DNA from: Mobula birostris
Taxonomy: Eukaryota
NCBI RefSeq assembly: GCF_030028105.1
Contig: NC_092398.1
Span: forward strand, 28,676,424-28,740,423
DNA length: 64,000 nucleotides
Direction: 5' to 3'
Shown here piece after piece: positions 1-12,540 of the stretch (the stretch's first letter is position 1; the number at the start of each line of letters is the position of its first letter). The notes under the pieces were generated by a model. The model made no database searches and was not told the DNA's origin. It saw nothing but the letters and a program-made list of their open reading frames with translations. The translations under genes were made by a program, and so were the position numbers.

Positions 1-1905
1 AGAAGTGTTTCAGGAATCTTTGAAGAATGGTTCCTTACCCCCTACTCTTTCAGAGGCATCTATTTCACTTCTTCTTAAAAAGGACAAGGACCCGACTCAA
101 TGTGGATCATATCGCCCCATCTCACTTTTGAATGTGGATGTGAAAATTTTGGCTAAAGTGCTTGCGTGCCGTTTAGAACGCTCCCTTCCCTAGATAATCT
201 CAGATGATCAAACAGGTTTTATTAAAAATTGCCATTCTTTTTTTAATATCCATCGACTGGCTGATGTGGTTTATTCACCGAGTGATTCTCTGAGTCAGGA
301 GGTTGTTATCTCCTTGGGTGCGGAGAAGATGTTTGATAGAGTGGAGTGGGTATACTTGTTTAGAGTTTTGGAGAAATTTGGATTTGGCAGAATATTTGTA
401 GCCTGGGTTAAGCTATGATATCACTTGCCTTTAGCGTGTATACAGATAAATTATTTTCGATCGGACTATTTCCCATTAACACGCGGCACTCGCCAAGGCT
501 GCCCATTGTCCCCTCCTCTTTTTGCAATTGCAATTGAGCCTCTTTCTATTGCACTTTAAGTCAACTACATTATTTCAAGGTGTTAGGAGAGGGAACGTGG
601 AACACCGTGTATCCCTATATGCTGATGACCTCTTACTTTACGTTAGCGACCCTGTAGGTAGCAGTCCTGCTATTGCGTCATTATTAGGTCAACTTGGAGC
701 CTTCTATGGCTATAAACTGAACCTTCAAAAAAGCAAATGATTTCCCATTAATAACTTGGCCCTACAGATCCGACAGGAATCTTTGCCTTTTCCTTTATCT
801 CAAGATGGTTTTGTATACCTATGAATACATGTTACTCGCTCTTTTACATCTCTGTCTGAAGCTAACTACAGGCCTCAGGTTGGCCAAATGAAGGCTGATT
901 TTGAGAGATGGTGCAGTTTACCCCTTACTATAGCTGGGAGAATTCAATCAGTGAAAATGACTATACTTCCCAGATTTCTTTATTTGTTCCAGTGCTTGCC
1001 AATTTTCTTATCTAAGTTATTTTTCAAATCAGTCGACCAAGCTATAACCTCTTATATTTGGGAAAATGAGGTCCCAAAGGTTAATGAGTGCACTCTCCAA
1101 AGAGGTCATGACGTAGGTGGAACGGGCCTTCCTAGCTTTGTTCATTATTACTGGGCATCAAACATTCAAAAGGTATTATTTTGGCTCCACCGGCTAGATA
1201 TAAACTGGTGCCCGCTTGGGACACGGTCTTGCCACTCCTCGTCTCTCCCAGCTTTAGTGTATTCTTCCTTACCTTTGAAATCCTCTCAATTCACATCTAA
1301 CTCGGTCGTGCTCTCCACCCTCAAAATTTTTAATCAATTTCGCTCCACTGTAAGTTCACATCAGCTTCAGTTTTGGGTCCCATTCATAGAAACCATCTAT
1401 TTCTTCCCTCCACACTCAATTCATTTTTTAGACAATGGGGTTTGAACTGTCTTATACGCATTAAGGATTTGTACACTGATAACATATTTAATAGTTTTGA
1501 TAACCTGTGCAGTAATTATGGCCTTCTGCATAATCATTTTTTAAAATACCTGCAGATTCACCACTTTGTCAAGGAAAAATTTCCCTGTTTTTCTGATCTA
1601 CCCCCTGCTATATTGTGGGAGAAACTCACTCATAGCTTTAATAATAAAGGGCTGATCTCTGTACTATACTCTCAGCTGATGTCCTTGGGAGTTCAAGATC
1701 TAAACAAAACTAAAACTAGGTGGGAGGTTGATCTTGGTATGGATCTGGTTGAGGAATATTGGGCAAAAGCATTGAATAGGGTTCATTCCTCATCATCATG
1801 TGCTAGACTGGGGCTCATACAATTTAAAGTTTTACACAGGGTACATTTATGTAAAACCAGCCTTGCTGACATATATCCTGGGACAGATGCTGGCTGTGAC
1901 ACATG
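1..1905 (+). mobile_element. L1/Tx1-type LINE ORF2 (reverse transcriptase) fragment, degenerate
   Basis: [24 protein letters not shown] and SLYADDLLLY motifs, broken by stops and frameshifts. Confidence 0.9.
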
Positions 1906-2439
1906 GACTGTTCATAAATCTGATGGCAGAAGGGAAGAAGCTTTTCCTGAATCCTTGAGCGTATGCCTTCAGGCTCCTGTACCTCCTCCCTGAAGGTAGC
2001 ACTGAGAAGAGGGCATGTCCTGAGTGGTGAGGGTCTTTAATGATGGATGATGCCTTTTTGAGGCATCACTCATTGAAGATTCCTGAATGCTAAGGAGGCT
2101 CGTACCCATGATGGAACTGACTGAGTTCACAACTTTCTGCAGCTTCTTTCAACCCTTTGCAGTATCTCCACCCCTCCCCCCATGTGCAGCCAGTTATACC
2201 TCTCCACGGTAAATCTGTAGAAATTTGACATACCAAATTTCCTCAAACTCGTAATGAAATATAGTCACTGTCGTGCCTTTTTGTAACTGCCTCGACATGT
2301 AGGCCCCAGGACAGATCCTCAGAGACATTGATGCCCAATAACTTGAAATTGCTCACTCCCTCCACTTCTGATCCCTCTTTGAGGACTGGTGCGTGTGTTC
2401 CCTTGTTTTGCCCTCTCTGTCAGCCTATGCCACACAGCC

Positions 2440-2965
2440 TGCTTGAACATCGCTTTGAAAACAAAACTTTAATTCCACTTCCCACTCCCATGCCATGGCC
2501 TCCTCTTCTGTCAGGATGAGGCCACACTCAGGTTGGAGGAGTAACATCTTGTATTCTGCCTGGGTAGCCTCCAACCTGATTGCAGGACCACCGATTTCCC
2601 GAACTTCCAGTAATGCCCCCCCCCACTTCATCATTCCCCATTCCCTTTTCCCCCTCTCACCTTACCTGCACATCACCTCCCTCTGGTGCTTCCCCCCTTT
2701 CTTTCTTCCATGCCCTTCTGTCCTTTCCTATCAGATTCCTCCTCCTCCAGCCCTGCACCTCTTTTCCCAATCAACTTCCCAGCTCCTTACTTCACCCCTC
2801 TCCACCTCCTAACTCTGACTCCTCAACTTGTTTCTCCAGTCCTGATGAAAGGTCTCAGCCTGAAACGTCGTCTGTACTCTTTTCCATAGATGTTGCCTGG
2901 CCTGCTGAGCTCCTCCAGCACTTTGTGGGTGCTGCTTGGATTTCCAGCATCTGCAGATTTTTTTG
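2440..2965 (+). mobile_element. Penelope-like element 3' fragment
   Basis: End of GIY-YIG coding sequence (RLEE.HL...LGSLQP) plus a pyrimidine-rich tail and the gaaaggtctcagcctgaaacgtcg terminal motif shared with other copies in the window. Confidence 0.75.
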
Positions 2966-2980
2966 TGAAAATAAACTTAC

Positions 2981-3238
2981 TCGTCAGAGTTTGAACAGCC
3001 TGGTGAACGATCCCCATGGCAAAAGGCATGTCATTAACATAGCGGGCAACATTTCTGATAATCTTTTGATTGCGGTTCAGATCGTCCACGAAAGACTTCA
3101 CAAGTGGACTGATGGCCACAAACTTTCCTGTAGTATAATTAAAGCAAACAGCCGCTTCGCCATTGTAAGCAAACTGCAGGGTAGCCATTGAGAACTCCGA
3201 ACCTTTACCAGAGAAAGTAATTTGACTGATGTGCATTC
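2981..3238 (-). CDS. WB: MHC W-category beta chain gene, exon 2 (beta1 domain); downstream exons lie left of the window
   Basis: 258 nt open exon, acceptor tttgcttgccag, donor A|GTAAGT, phase 1/1: GMHISQITFSGKGSEFSMATLQFAYNGEAAVCFNYTTGKFVAISPLVKSFVDDLNRNQKIIRNVARYVNDMPFAMGIVHQAVQTLT. Motifs match MHC beta1/class I alpha2. No Ig exon is visible in the window to confirm this. Confidence 0.8.
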
Positions 3239-3439
3239 CTGGCAAGCAAATAATAATCGATCCATTAACCATTTGTGAGAGTGAAACGGCTCATTTTAAA
3301 ACCGTAAAATTAATCAACCTGAAACAACAAATTTGTCTCTCCCTTCTGTGGATACCACACCATTCTGACAGCAAAAAGGTGCTACTCCTCTAGAGCCACC
3401 TCTCCCTCCCACCGTAAAACTCCAATAGTTGGGATTTGG

Positions 3440-4370
3440 TGGTGGTGCTGCTGACCCTTCACCCTCACTCTCTGCACCCACCTCTTCCTCAGTTCGATGC
3501 CCATGTCCTCACCCACCTCTTTGCCCAAAACCCTCCTCGCCATTGAAGTGCCCTTCCCTCAACAACTCTCCCCACAGACATCTCTCCTCACCGTCCACAC
3601 CCAACTCTCCACCCACCCCCTCTCTCCCTACCCACCCTCAGTGACTACTTCCCTCCCCAAACATCCTTGGCAGTCCCTCCCCACCCACTCACCCATGGCC
3701 CCCTCCCCTCCCAGTCTCCGTGCCCTCTATCCTCCCCACTCTCTGCACCCCCACAACTCCACTCCTCAGCCTTCCGTCCCACACTTAGCACCCCTCTCCC
3801 TCCCCACACACCTTTGGCACCCTAATTTCTTCCCTACACAACCATCCCCAGTGACCCCTCCTCTTCCACCACCCCCTCAACAATACTCAATCCACCTCCA
3901 CTCCCTCCCTTCCTGCTCTCTCTTAGTGCGTCCTTCCCTTCCCATGCCCGTTCTGTGCCCTCTCTCCTCTCCTTTGGAAGCCCCTCCTCTCCCATGATGC
4001 CCACTCCAGTACCCTCCATTGGTGCCCCCTCCTCCCTACCTTCCCTTTGCACCCCCTTCCCACCCTCCTTTGGTGCTCACTCCCCACCCTGCCTCAATGT
4101 CACTCCCCTCTCCTCCCCACCCTCCATCGGTACCCATTCCCCTCCCCTCCCCTCTTAACCCTCCCTCAGTTCCCCTCCCCACCCTCCCTTGGTGCTACTC
4201 TCTCCACCTTCCTTCAGCGAGGTCTCCCTTTCCCTCCTGACCTTTACCCTCCCCTCCCTCCCTAGTTGCCCCCTTCCCTCTCTTGCCCACCCTCCCTCAG
4301 TGTCCCCACCCCCCTCTACCTCCCTACGCTCCATCGGTGCCCCCTCCCCCGGCGCCTCCCATCCCCGGGG
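3440..4370. repeat. C-rich low-complexity tract in WB intron 1
   Basis: About 900 bp dominated by C/CT runs on +, so G-rich on the WB sense strand. Confidence 0.9.
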
Positions 4371-4770
4371 CGCTGCGCTCCTCACCCAGGGCAATGGAGC
4401 CGTTGTGGAGGAGGAGGAGGAGGAAGGCGGCGAGCAGAGAGGGAGAGCGGCGTCGCCTCACGCCGGCCGGCGGCTCCTGAGACAGCGGGAGGAGCAGCTG
4501 GCTCACGGTTCGCGGAGACGGCATCATTCCCCACATCCCTTCCGCCGAAGGCTGAGGACCTCGTCACACAGCCGCTACGCGCGAAACCGATCGCCAGCCG
4601 GCAGGTCCCGTAACGGGAGGCGATCGATGTCGAAGTTTCCCCGACTGAGCGGGCGGCCGCTGCCACAGACAGGCGGGGCGAGGCGGGAGGGAACGCCTTC
4701 TGTTTCCACATGGCGGTTATTCTCAACGAGACTCAACAACACTAGACGAAAGGTGATTGGGATACCGGCT
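4330..4770 (-). promoter_or_regulatory. CpG-island promoter/exon 1 region of WB
   Basis: Dense CpG, GC boxes (4650-4690), YY1-like ACATGGCGG at 4708-4716, ATTGG at 4756-4760 and a TGACG half-site at 4562-4566. Confidence 0.7.
4386..4536 (-). CDS. WB: MHC W-category beta chain gene, exon 1 (long leader)
   Basis: MWGMMPSPRTVSQLLLPLSQEPPAGVRRRRSPSLLAAFLLLLLHNGSIAL plus phase-1 donor G|GTGAG at 4385, inside a CpG island. It splices in frame to the exon at 3238. The start could be 4536, 4527 or 4524. Confidence 0.72.
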
Positions 4771-4800
4771 GAGAGGAGCGTGGATGGGGTCGGGTAATAA

Positions 4801-5200
4801 CAGGTGAGGGGGAGGTAGGTGTGTGGGTGGGACACCAGGTGAGGGGGAGGTAGGTGTGTGGGTGGGACACCAGGTGAGGGAGAGGTACGTGTTTGGGTGG
4901 GATACCAGCTGAGGGGAGGTGGTTGGGTGGGTGGGATTCCAGGTGAGAAGGGAGGTGTGTAGGTGTAATACCAGGCGAGGGGGAGGTGGAATGGGGGGAA
5001 AGCAGGTGAGGGGGAAAGTGGGTGGATGGGATACCAGTTGAGCCATAAGGTGGGTGATAGGGGGAGGGAGTATACCAGATGAGAGGGACTGTGTTTGTGT
5101 GTGTGTGTGATGTGTGTGTGGAGGGGGGCTACCAGGTAAGAGGGGATAGCAGGTGTTTGGATGGTAGACAGGTGGGTAGTGGATGGGGATATGCCAGATG
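4801..5200 (+). repeat. G-rich minisatellite, ~35-bp unit
   Basis: caggtgagggggaggtaggtgtgtgggtgggacac occurs exactly at 4801-4835 and 4836-4870, followed by progressively degenerate copies. Confidence 0.9.
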
Positions 5201-5574
5201 AAGGAGAAGGTGTGAGGTTGCTCCATTTTCCATTCCTATCAGATTCCTCCTTTTTCAGCCTTAACCGCTTCCACCAATCACCTTCCAGCTTCTTATCCCA
5301 AAACCTCAACCCATCCCACCCACCTTCCCCCTCTCCTGACCTCACCTATCACCTGCAAGCATGTACACCTTCCCCACCTCCCACCTTCTTATTCTGGCTT
5401 CCCCCACCCCCCACCTTTCTTTCCAGTCCTGGTGAAGGTTCTCGGTGTGAGACGTTGATTGTCCATTTCCCTCTCTAGACATTGCCTGACCTGATGGGTT
5501 CCTCCAGCATTTTGTGTGTCTTACATTTATGTAGCATCTTTGAAGACATTCTGTGTCAATTAAATGTGTCATCA

Positions 5575-6330
5575 GACGCTCAGGAGGCTGATGGCACCTA
5601 ATGGTGATTCCTTTGCTTGCATCTTTGAAAACAGCTCTATTTCTTTTTTTTCCTTTTCAGGGTTCTTTTGAAGATCTTGACCTGGAGTGACACGCTGACT
5701 TCGGTTCTTTGTAGGAATGGAACCTGCTCTCGGGGTCTCACGACTGGCTGCTTTTTGATATGCCATGGACGTGGCCTGGAAGACTTGCGCACCTTTGGTG
5801 TGCCAGATTCCGGTGGCTCTGGAGGCAGGTGGCCTCGAGGTCGGTGCCGGTGCCTGGTGTGTTGTGGGAGACGAAAGACCCGAGTTCTTTGGGCACAAAG
5901 CTCAGAAAAAGCGATGCAGCAGACTTTTAAGTCTGTTGTTTTTTATACCTCCCCTCTCACTGTGAAACGGGGATACCTCTTTTTCCATTATTAGAGAGAG
6001 AGAGAGCCCGTGGTATGTCGAATACTGGGTGAATGAATAGTCTTTGAGGTACTGCAAGTCTGTGTCTTTATTGGTGCTTTGCTGCACGCTTGAGTTCTTT
6101 GTCGGGGTTGCTGACGCTTTTTTACTGGTGGGGGAGAGGGGGGTTGTTGCCTTGCTGCTGCTTATGCATGGCAGGGGTGAGCTGGGGGGGTGGGCTTTGG
6201 GGTTCTAACATTTAACTGTCATTCATTCTTTGGGGAACTCCTCTGTTTTCATGGATGTTTGCGAAAAAAGGGAGTTTCAGGGTGTATATTGTTTACATTC
6301 CTCTGACATTAAATGCACCTTTCAAATGTG
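5575..6330 (+). mobile_element. Unclassified dispersed repeat (~0.75 kb), copy 1
   Basis: Collinear with 30345-31135 on the opposite strand (cctttgcttgcatctttg..., gacctggagt..., ggaatggaacc...). Confidence 0.75.
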
Positions 6331-6499
6331 ATGTTGAGATGCCAATGGCAAAAGTTGCAAAGGTCAACAGATGTTTGAAGGAAGAGGTAACTAAGCTACT
6401 TAGAGGAGCAGAGAGGTGCAGATATTACAGGTGATAATTCTTAAGAGCTGCCGACAATGGATTGGGTGGTGTAAGAAACCAGGGATGAGGTGACTACCT

Positions 6500-8170
6500 T
6501 CTCTGGAATCTCACTAGGCTGTGGCCTCAGCCTCCTTCTTTGTTTGTTGTACACTCACAACTGTGCGGCCAGAGTCTGTGCTAACTCCATCTACAGGTTT
6601 GAGGAAGACACCATTGTAGTGGGCCGAACCTCAAAAAGCAATGAGGGGAAGGAGAGGAAGATACAAGAGAGCCTAGTGGCATGGAGTCGTGACAACAGCC
6701 TCTCCCTGACTGTCAGCAGAACAAAAGGCTTTGTCAGTAACATCAGGAAAGAGGGTGGGGCGCATGTTCTTGTGTACTTCATTGGTACTGAGGCTCAGAG
6801 GGTTAAGAGCTTCATGTTCCTAGGTGTGAACATCACTAATGTTCTATCCTTGTCCAACCACCTAAACACCAAGGCCAAGAGCACTCACCAATGCCTCTGT
6901 TTCCTCAGGAGGCTAAAGAAATCTAGCACGTCCCTTTTGACCCTCTCTGAGGGTCGTCACCTTATCATGGTGGGGAGGCCCGTGAGTTCCTGAGGTCCTG
7001 AGAGTAATGCCGCCTGGAGCTTAGGCCCTGATAGGGTCACCCACGGTGGTAAGGTTAACGGAGAAGTTCCAGACAAAGAGCGATGCAACTAAGACCTCAG
7101 TTGTAGGGCTGGCGGAAGATAATGACACATCACAATGACAGTGAGGGCCGGGGACGGCTGTAGCAATGACGAGTCTCCAGTCGCCTTGCACTCCACGCCA
7201 CTGGACCCTGACCTGAATCTGTCAATGACCGTGCATCAGCATCTCCACATTGAACAAGGCCATGCATAGCTGTTCTCCATTAAGGGAATAGCCCCTTTGG
7301 AGAGTGTCATACTCGTTCGAGTGAATGTTCTATTCTTGTATGCAGCGGCACAAGAGAATGCCATCACAGCTTGATGGGGCAACAGCTCTGCACGTGACTG
7401 CACAAAACTGTAGAGCTGCAGGCCACAACTCAGCACATCGTGGAAAGTGGCTTCTCCTCCATACACTGCTTGCTGCTTCAGCAAAACAGCCAGCATAACC
7501 AAGGACCCCAGCCACCCCAGACATTCTCTCTTCTTCCCTCTGCATTGGGCAAAAGCCTGAAAGCATGCACTACCGGGCTCACGGACAGAGCCCATCCTGG
7601 TTATAAGATCATTGAATGGCCCTCTAGTCAGATGGGGTGGAATCTGGACCTCATAACCTTTCTGGTTGTTGCCTGCGCTGTGCTTTCTCTGTTACTGGAA
7701 GACCCTACTCTTCATTGTGTGATTGCTCTCCCCTTGTACCATCTCAGTGTGCTGATGCGATAAATGATTTGCTGGTGTGGCAGGCAAAAACCAAAATTTC
7801 CCACTGCTTTCAAGATGTTTGAGGCCATCTTCAAAAGGCAATGCCTGAAAAGGGGGTCATCCGTCATTAAGGACCCCCATCACCCAGGATGTACCCTCTT
7901 CTCATTGCTACCATCGGAGAGGAGGTACACAGACCTGAAGGCACACACTCAATGTTTTAGAAACAGCTTCTTCTCCCCCCCCCACCACATTTCCAAATGG
8001 TCCATTTCCTCATGAATACTATTTTGCTCTCTTTTCTCTCTACTTATTTATTTTAATGTATTGTCATGTATATATTGAAATCTATAGCATTTTGTATGCA
8101 TTGCAATGTTCTGCTGTTGCAAAACAATCGATTTCACAACACGTCAGTGATAATAAACCTGATTCTGTGC
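6500..8170 (+). mobile_element. Fragmented Rex1/L2-like LINE 3' part with an inserted RTE/Rex3-like 5' fragment (~6948-7225)
   Basis: Degenerate TG.PQGCVLSP and YKFADDT-like RT remnants. The tail gacccccatcacccagga...ctcttctcattgctaccatc recurs elsewhere in the window. Confidence 0.6.
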
Positions 8171-8258
8171 TTGGGGTCACATGACAATTTCAGTGTGGGA
8201 GAAACATGGACAAGCCACACAACATATTGCACATATTTCCGGTGAATGCTTGATATTC

Positions 8259-9190
8259 ACTCAGGGGCCACTTTATTGGGTACTTTAATGCAAGTATCTA
8301 ATCAGCCCATCATTTGACAGCAGCTCAATGCATGTGTTTTTGTTCAGACTAAACATCAGAATGGGAGAAGAAATGTGATCTAAGTGACTTTGACTGTTGG
8401 TGCCAGATGGGGTGGTTTGAGTATCTCAGAAACTGCTGACCTCCTGGGATTTTCACATACAAGTCTCTAGAGTTTACAAAAACTGGTCCAAGGAACAGAA
8501 GTGGAGAGGCAGTTCTGTGGGTGAAAGTGCATAGGAACATCTGGATTAACTTCTGAAATGCCTGCTTCGCTGCCACTGTTACTGTGCAATCGAGAATCTC
8601 CAGAGACGAAGGCCCCAAATCCTCGGCTTTGCGTATCACCTGTTGCCGGGGCTGGGGTCGAAACGCTCGGCAGAGATGGTGCTCGGTGCTCGGTGTCGAA
8701 TAGGTGGTCAGAGGATCGGAGTTTTTCGGACGGACTCGGAGTCGGACTGTGGTCGGATGCTTCCGGGATGCTGCATCGGCAAGTTGGCAGCACTGGAGGT
8801 TTACCGTCTGTGTTTAATGATGGGACTTTCGAGAGACTTTGTGACTTTTACCGTGCTATGGTCTGTTCTTATCAAATTATGGTATTGCTTTGCACTGTTG
8901 TAACTATATGTTATAATTATGTGGTTTTTGTTAGTTTTTAAGTCGGTTGTCAGGTGTTTTCGTGATATCTTTCTGGAAAAACATTTTTATCATTTCTTAA
9001 TGCATGCATTACTAAATGACAGTAAAAGGGACTGCGTGTCCTCATAATTATAATCATAATTTGTTAATGAGAGAGGTCAGAGGAGAATGGCCAGACTGGT
9101 TCATACTGACAGGAAGACAACAGTGAGTCAAATAACTACACATTAAAACAGCAGTGTGCAAAAGAGCATCTTGAAAGCACAGCATGTGCA
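8259..9190 (+). mobile_element. Tc1/mariner-derived MITE interrupted by another repeat (~8550-9058)
   Basis: TIR-like cactcaggggccactttatt and Tc1 HTH remnants that resume after the insert. Confidence 0.65.
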
Positions 9191-10569
9191 CCTTGAAGTT
9201 TGTACATTCTCCCCGTGACCATGTGGGTTTCCTCTGGGTGCTCTGGTTTCCTCCCACAGTCCCCAGACCTACTGGTTGGTAGGTTAATTGGTCTTTGTAA
9301 ATTGTCCTGTGATTAGGCTAGCATTAAAATGGGGTTTCTGGATGGCACAGCTCAAAGGAGAAGGGCCTAAAATATTTATAACTAAATAAACCTACACTTA
9401 ACAATAATCAATCAATTTACCAATTTCAAAGTGGAAGAAAGACGGCAAGCCACACTATATATTACATAAATTTCCAGTTCCGTCCTCCATAAATTTGCAT
9501 ATTTTAAATTCTGTGCATTCTTTGGGGAGATGAGGAACTTAACTCAGCTTCGGGGAAGTTTCACATGGGAGGTCCCGTGTTGGCTCTGTGCCCAAGACAC
9601 AAAATTATATTCTGCAGCACACTGAAATGCACTGAACTTGAACTGGGGGATTTCTCAAGCTGTGTTCCTTTGTTCAACCAGGAAATGGTCTCATTTAAAT
9701 ATCCTTACAACCAACTACACTGGATTATCCACATAAAAATAATTTTTTGAGCAGAGAGCAGCAGTTAACTCAATAAGATCTGGTTTCTTTTCTATCATAT
9801 GTCCCTTGTTCAAGGCTCAAAGTAGATGCATTATTAAAGTACATATATGTCTCCATACAGAACTCTGAGATTCATTTCCTTGTGGGCATATGTACATAGT
9901 AAATCCAATGCGTCACCAATGTTCCGGATTCTTCTCTGAGAACCCATGAGTCCAAAATTTAAGTGTAGAAAAGTAGCATCACATACTTAATGTCTATTTG
10001 GGAGGTTAACCCCCAAAAGTTTACAAAACCGGAAAAATGGGAGCCCTATGAAGGGTCTTGGCCTAAAATATCAACTCTTATTCCTGTAGCCGCTGAGTTC
10101 TTCTGGCATTTTGTGTGTGTTACTCAAAAGTGGAAAATACTGGATTTTCCTCCGGCCAGGCTAAATGATGCAGTGTGACTCTGGTCTGAAGTCCTGGGTA
10201 AAACACTAAGCAGAGAAAAGATTATGAGATGACTCATGCGTGAATCTTATGAATAACAGGAAGGGTGAAATGCAACAGATTTAAATAAAGTAGGAGGAAC
10301 ATCTACTGAACTTCATTTTGAAGAGTCTTTCTGCCCCAGAGTTTCATGTGGTTTGGATTGGGTATTTCAAAGTTCAGAGTTCAAAGTAAAGCTCACTATC
10401 AGAGTACACACATGTCACCGTATACAACTCTGAAATTCTTTATGTGTGGGCATACTTAGCAAATCTATAGAACACCATCTGGAAACAGTATCTATAAACT
10501 ATAAACAATCTCTGCAACTTGTTTCAGTCAGAACAAAGGGAAGTACACTGTGATTAAAGCATACAGTTG

Positions 10570-11075
10570 GTACTTAATAAAGTAGCCACTGAGTTTATGT
10601 TCATGGTCACCTTGCTGCTGTACCTTGTCCATGTCAAGGTTCGATGTATTGTGCATTCAGGGATGCTTTTCTGCACACCACTGTTGTAACGCATGGTTAT
10701 TTAAGTTACTGCCAGCGTGGGCCAGTCTGGCTGTTCTCCTCTGACATTAACAAAGTTTTTTCACCCACAAAATTGATCCTCACTGGATGTTTTTTTAAAT
10801 TTTTGCACCAGTCTGTGTCAACTCTAGAGATGCTTGTGTGTGAAAATTACAGGAAATCAGCAGTTTCTGAGATACTCAAAACACCCAAATGTGGCACCAA
10901 CAATCACTCCATTCTCAAAGTCATCTAGATCACGTTTCTTCTCCATTCTGATGTTTGGTCTGAACAGCAACTGAATCTCTTGACCATCTCTACATACTTT
11001 TATGCATCGAGTTACTGCCTCGTGAATGGCTGATTAGATATTTGCAATAATGAGCAGGTGTACAGGTGTACCAAA
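10570..11075 (-). mobile_element. Tc1/mariner-derived MITE
   Basis: taataaagtagccactgag TIR and the same internal sequence as 8259 and 63019. Confidence 0.65.
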
Positions 11076-11212
11076 TTTATTATTAAAGAAAATGTGATAT
11101 TGAAACATACTGTTTCAACTTCTGGAGCTGCAAAAGGCCTTGGACCAATGTTCCCTTTATCTTTTTTTAAAGCTGCATAGACCAACAATTGTTCTGAGCA
11201 GGAATTTTCCAT

Positions 11213-11880
11213 CAGGTTGGAGGCTACCCAGACGGAATATAAGGTGTAGCTACTCTCTGTCCGCCAGAGAAAGCAGGATCTCCCAGTGGCCACATATTTC
11301 AATTCCACATCCCATTCCCATTCTGACATGTCTATCCACAGCCTCCTCTACTGTAAAGATGAAGTCACACTCAGGTTGGAGGAACAACACCTTATATTCC
11401 GTCTGGGTAGCCTCCAACCTGATGGCATGAACATTGACTTCTCTAACTTCCACTAATGCCCCACTTCCCCCTCGTACCCCATCTGTTATTTATTTATATA
11501 CACACATTCCTTTTCTCTCTCTCCTTTTTCTCCCTCTGTCCTCTCACTATACCCCTTGCCCATCCTCTGGGCTTTTCCCCCCTCCCCCTTTTCTTTCTCC
11601 CTAGGCCTTCTGTCCCATGATCCCCTCATATCCCTTTTGCCAATCAACTGTCCAGCTTTTGGCTCCATCCCTCCCCCTCCTGTCTTCTCCTATCATTTTG
11701 GATCTCCCCCTCCCCCTCCCACTTTCAAATCTCTTACTAGCTCTTCTTTCAGTTAGTCCTGACGAAGGGTCTCGACCTGAAACGTCAACTGTACCTCTTC
11801 CTAGGGATGCTGCCTGGCCTGCTGCGTTCACCAGCAACTTTTATGTGTTTGCTTGAAATTCCAGCATCTGCAGATTTCCT
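11213..11880 (+). mobile_element. Penelope-like element 3' fragment
   Basis: RLEEQHLIFRLGSLQPDGMNIDFSNF (GIY-YIG C-terminus) and the conserved tail. Confidence 0.85.
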
Positions 11881-11884
11881 TGTG

Positions 11885-12540
11885 TGCGCAAGAGGATTTG
11901 GTAATCCTCTTGCAGGATTTCCCAAAGGTTAACTTGCAGGTTGAGTCATTATTAAGGAAGGCAAATACTATATTGACATTCATTTCAAGAGGGCTTGACA
12001 ATAAAAGCAAGAATGAAATGCTGAGGATTTATAAGGCACTGGCCAGACCACATTTGGACTATTGTGAGCAGTTTTCGGACCCGTATCTCAGAAAGGATGT
12101 GACAGTATTGGAGACGCTCCAGAGGAGGTTCACAAGAATGATCCCGGGAATGAAAGGGTTAACAAATGGCGCTGAGTGTGTACTTGCTGGAGTTTAGAAG
12201 AATGAGTGGAGATCTCATTGAAACCTATTATAGAGTGAATGTAGAGAGGATGCTACCAATAGTGAGAGATCTAGGTCCAAGGAGTCCAGCCTTTAGACAG
12301 AAATGAGGAGAAATTTCTTTATCCAGAGAGTGGAATTCATTGCCACAGACAGTCGTGAAGGCTAAATCATTGGGTATAATTAAAGAGACGTTGATAGGTT
12401 CTTGATTAGTAAGGGCGTCAAAGGTTATGGGGAGAAGGCAGGAGAACAGGGTTGATTGGAAAAATAGATTAACTTTGATAAAATGGTGGAGCAGATTCGA
12501 TAGACTGAATGGCTTAATTCTGGTTCTGTGTATTATGGAA
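11885..12540 (+). mobile_element. CR1 LINE 3' fragment
   Basis: KANTILTFISRGL...IYKALARPHLDYC...QRRFTRMIPG motifs. Confidence 0.85.

Noticed and set aside
3429-5478. Many long Pro/Ser/Gly-rich ORFs (e.g. 4189-4797 +, 4575-5345 -)
   Set aside because: Artefacts of stop-poor C/G-rich low-complexity DNA and the CpG island.
7230-7340. Minus-strand peptide DTLQRGYSLNGEQLCMALFN resembling an MHC platform strand
   Set aside because: Very short, no splice sites, needs gaps to align, and is sandwiched between LINE fragments.
7632-7760. Signal-peptide-like MGWNLDLITFLVVACAVLSLLLED on +
   Set aside because: No suitable donor, no CpG island and no downstream + strand exons.
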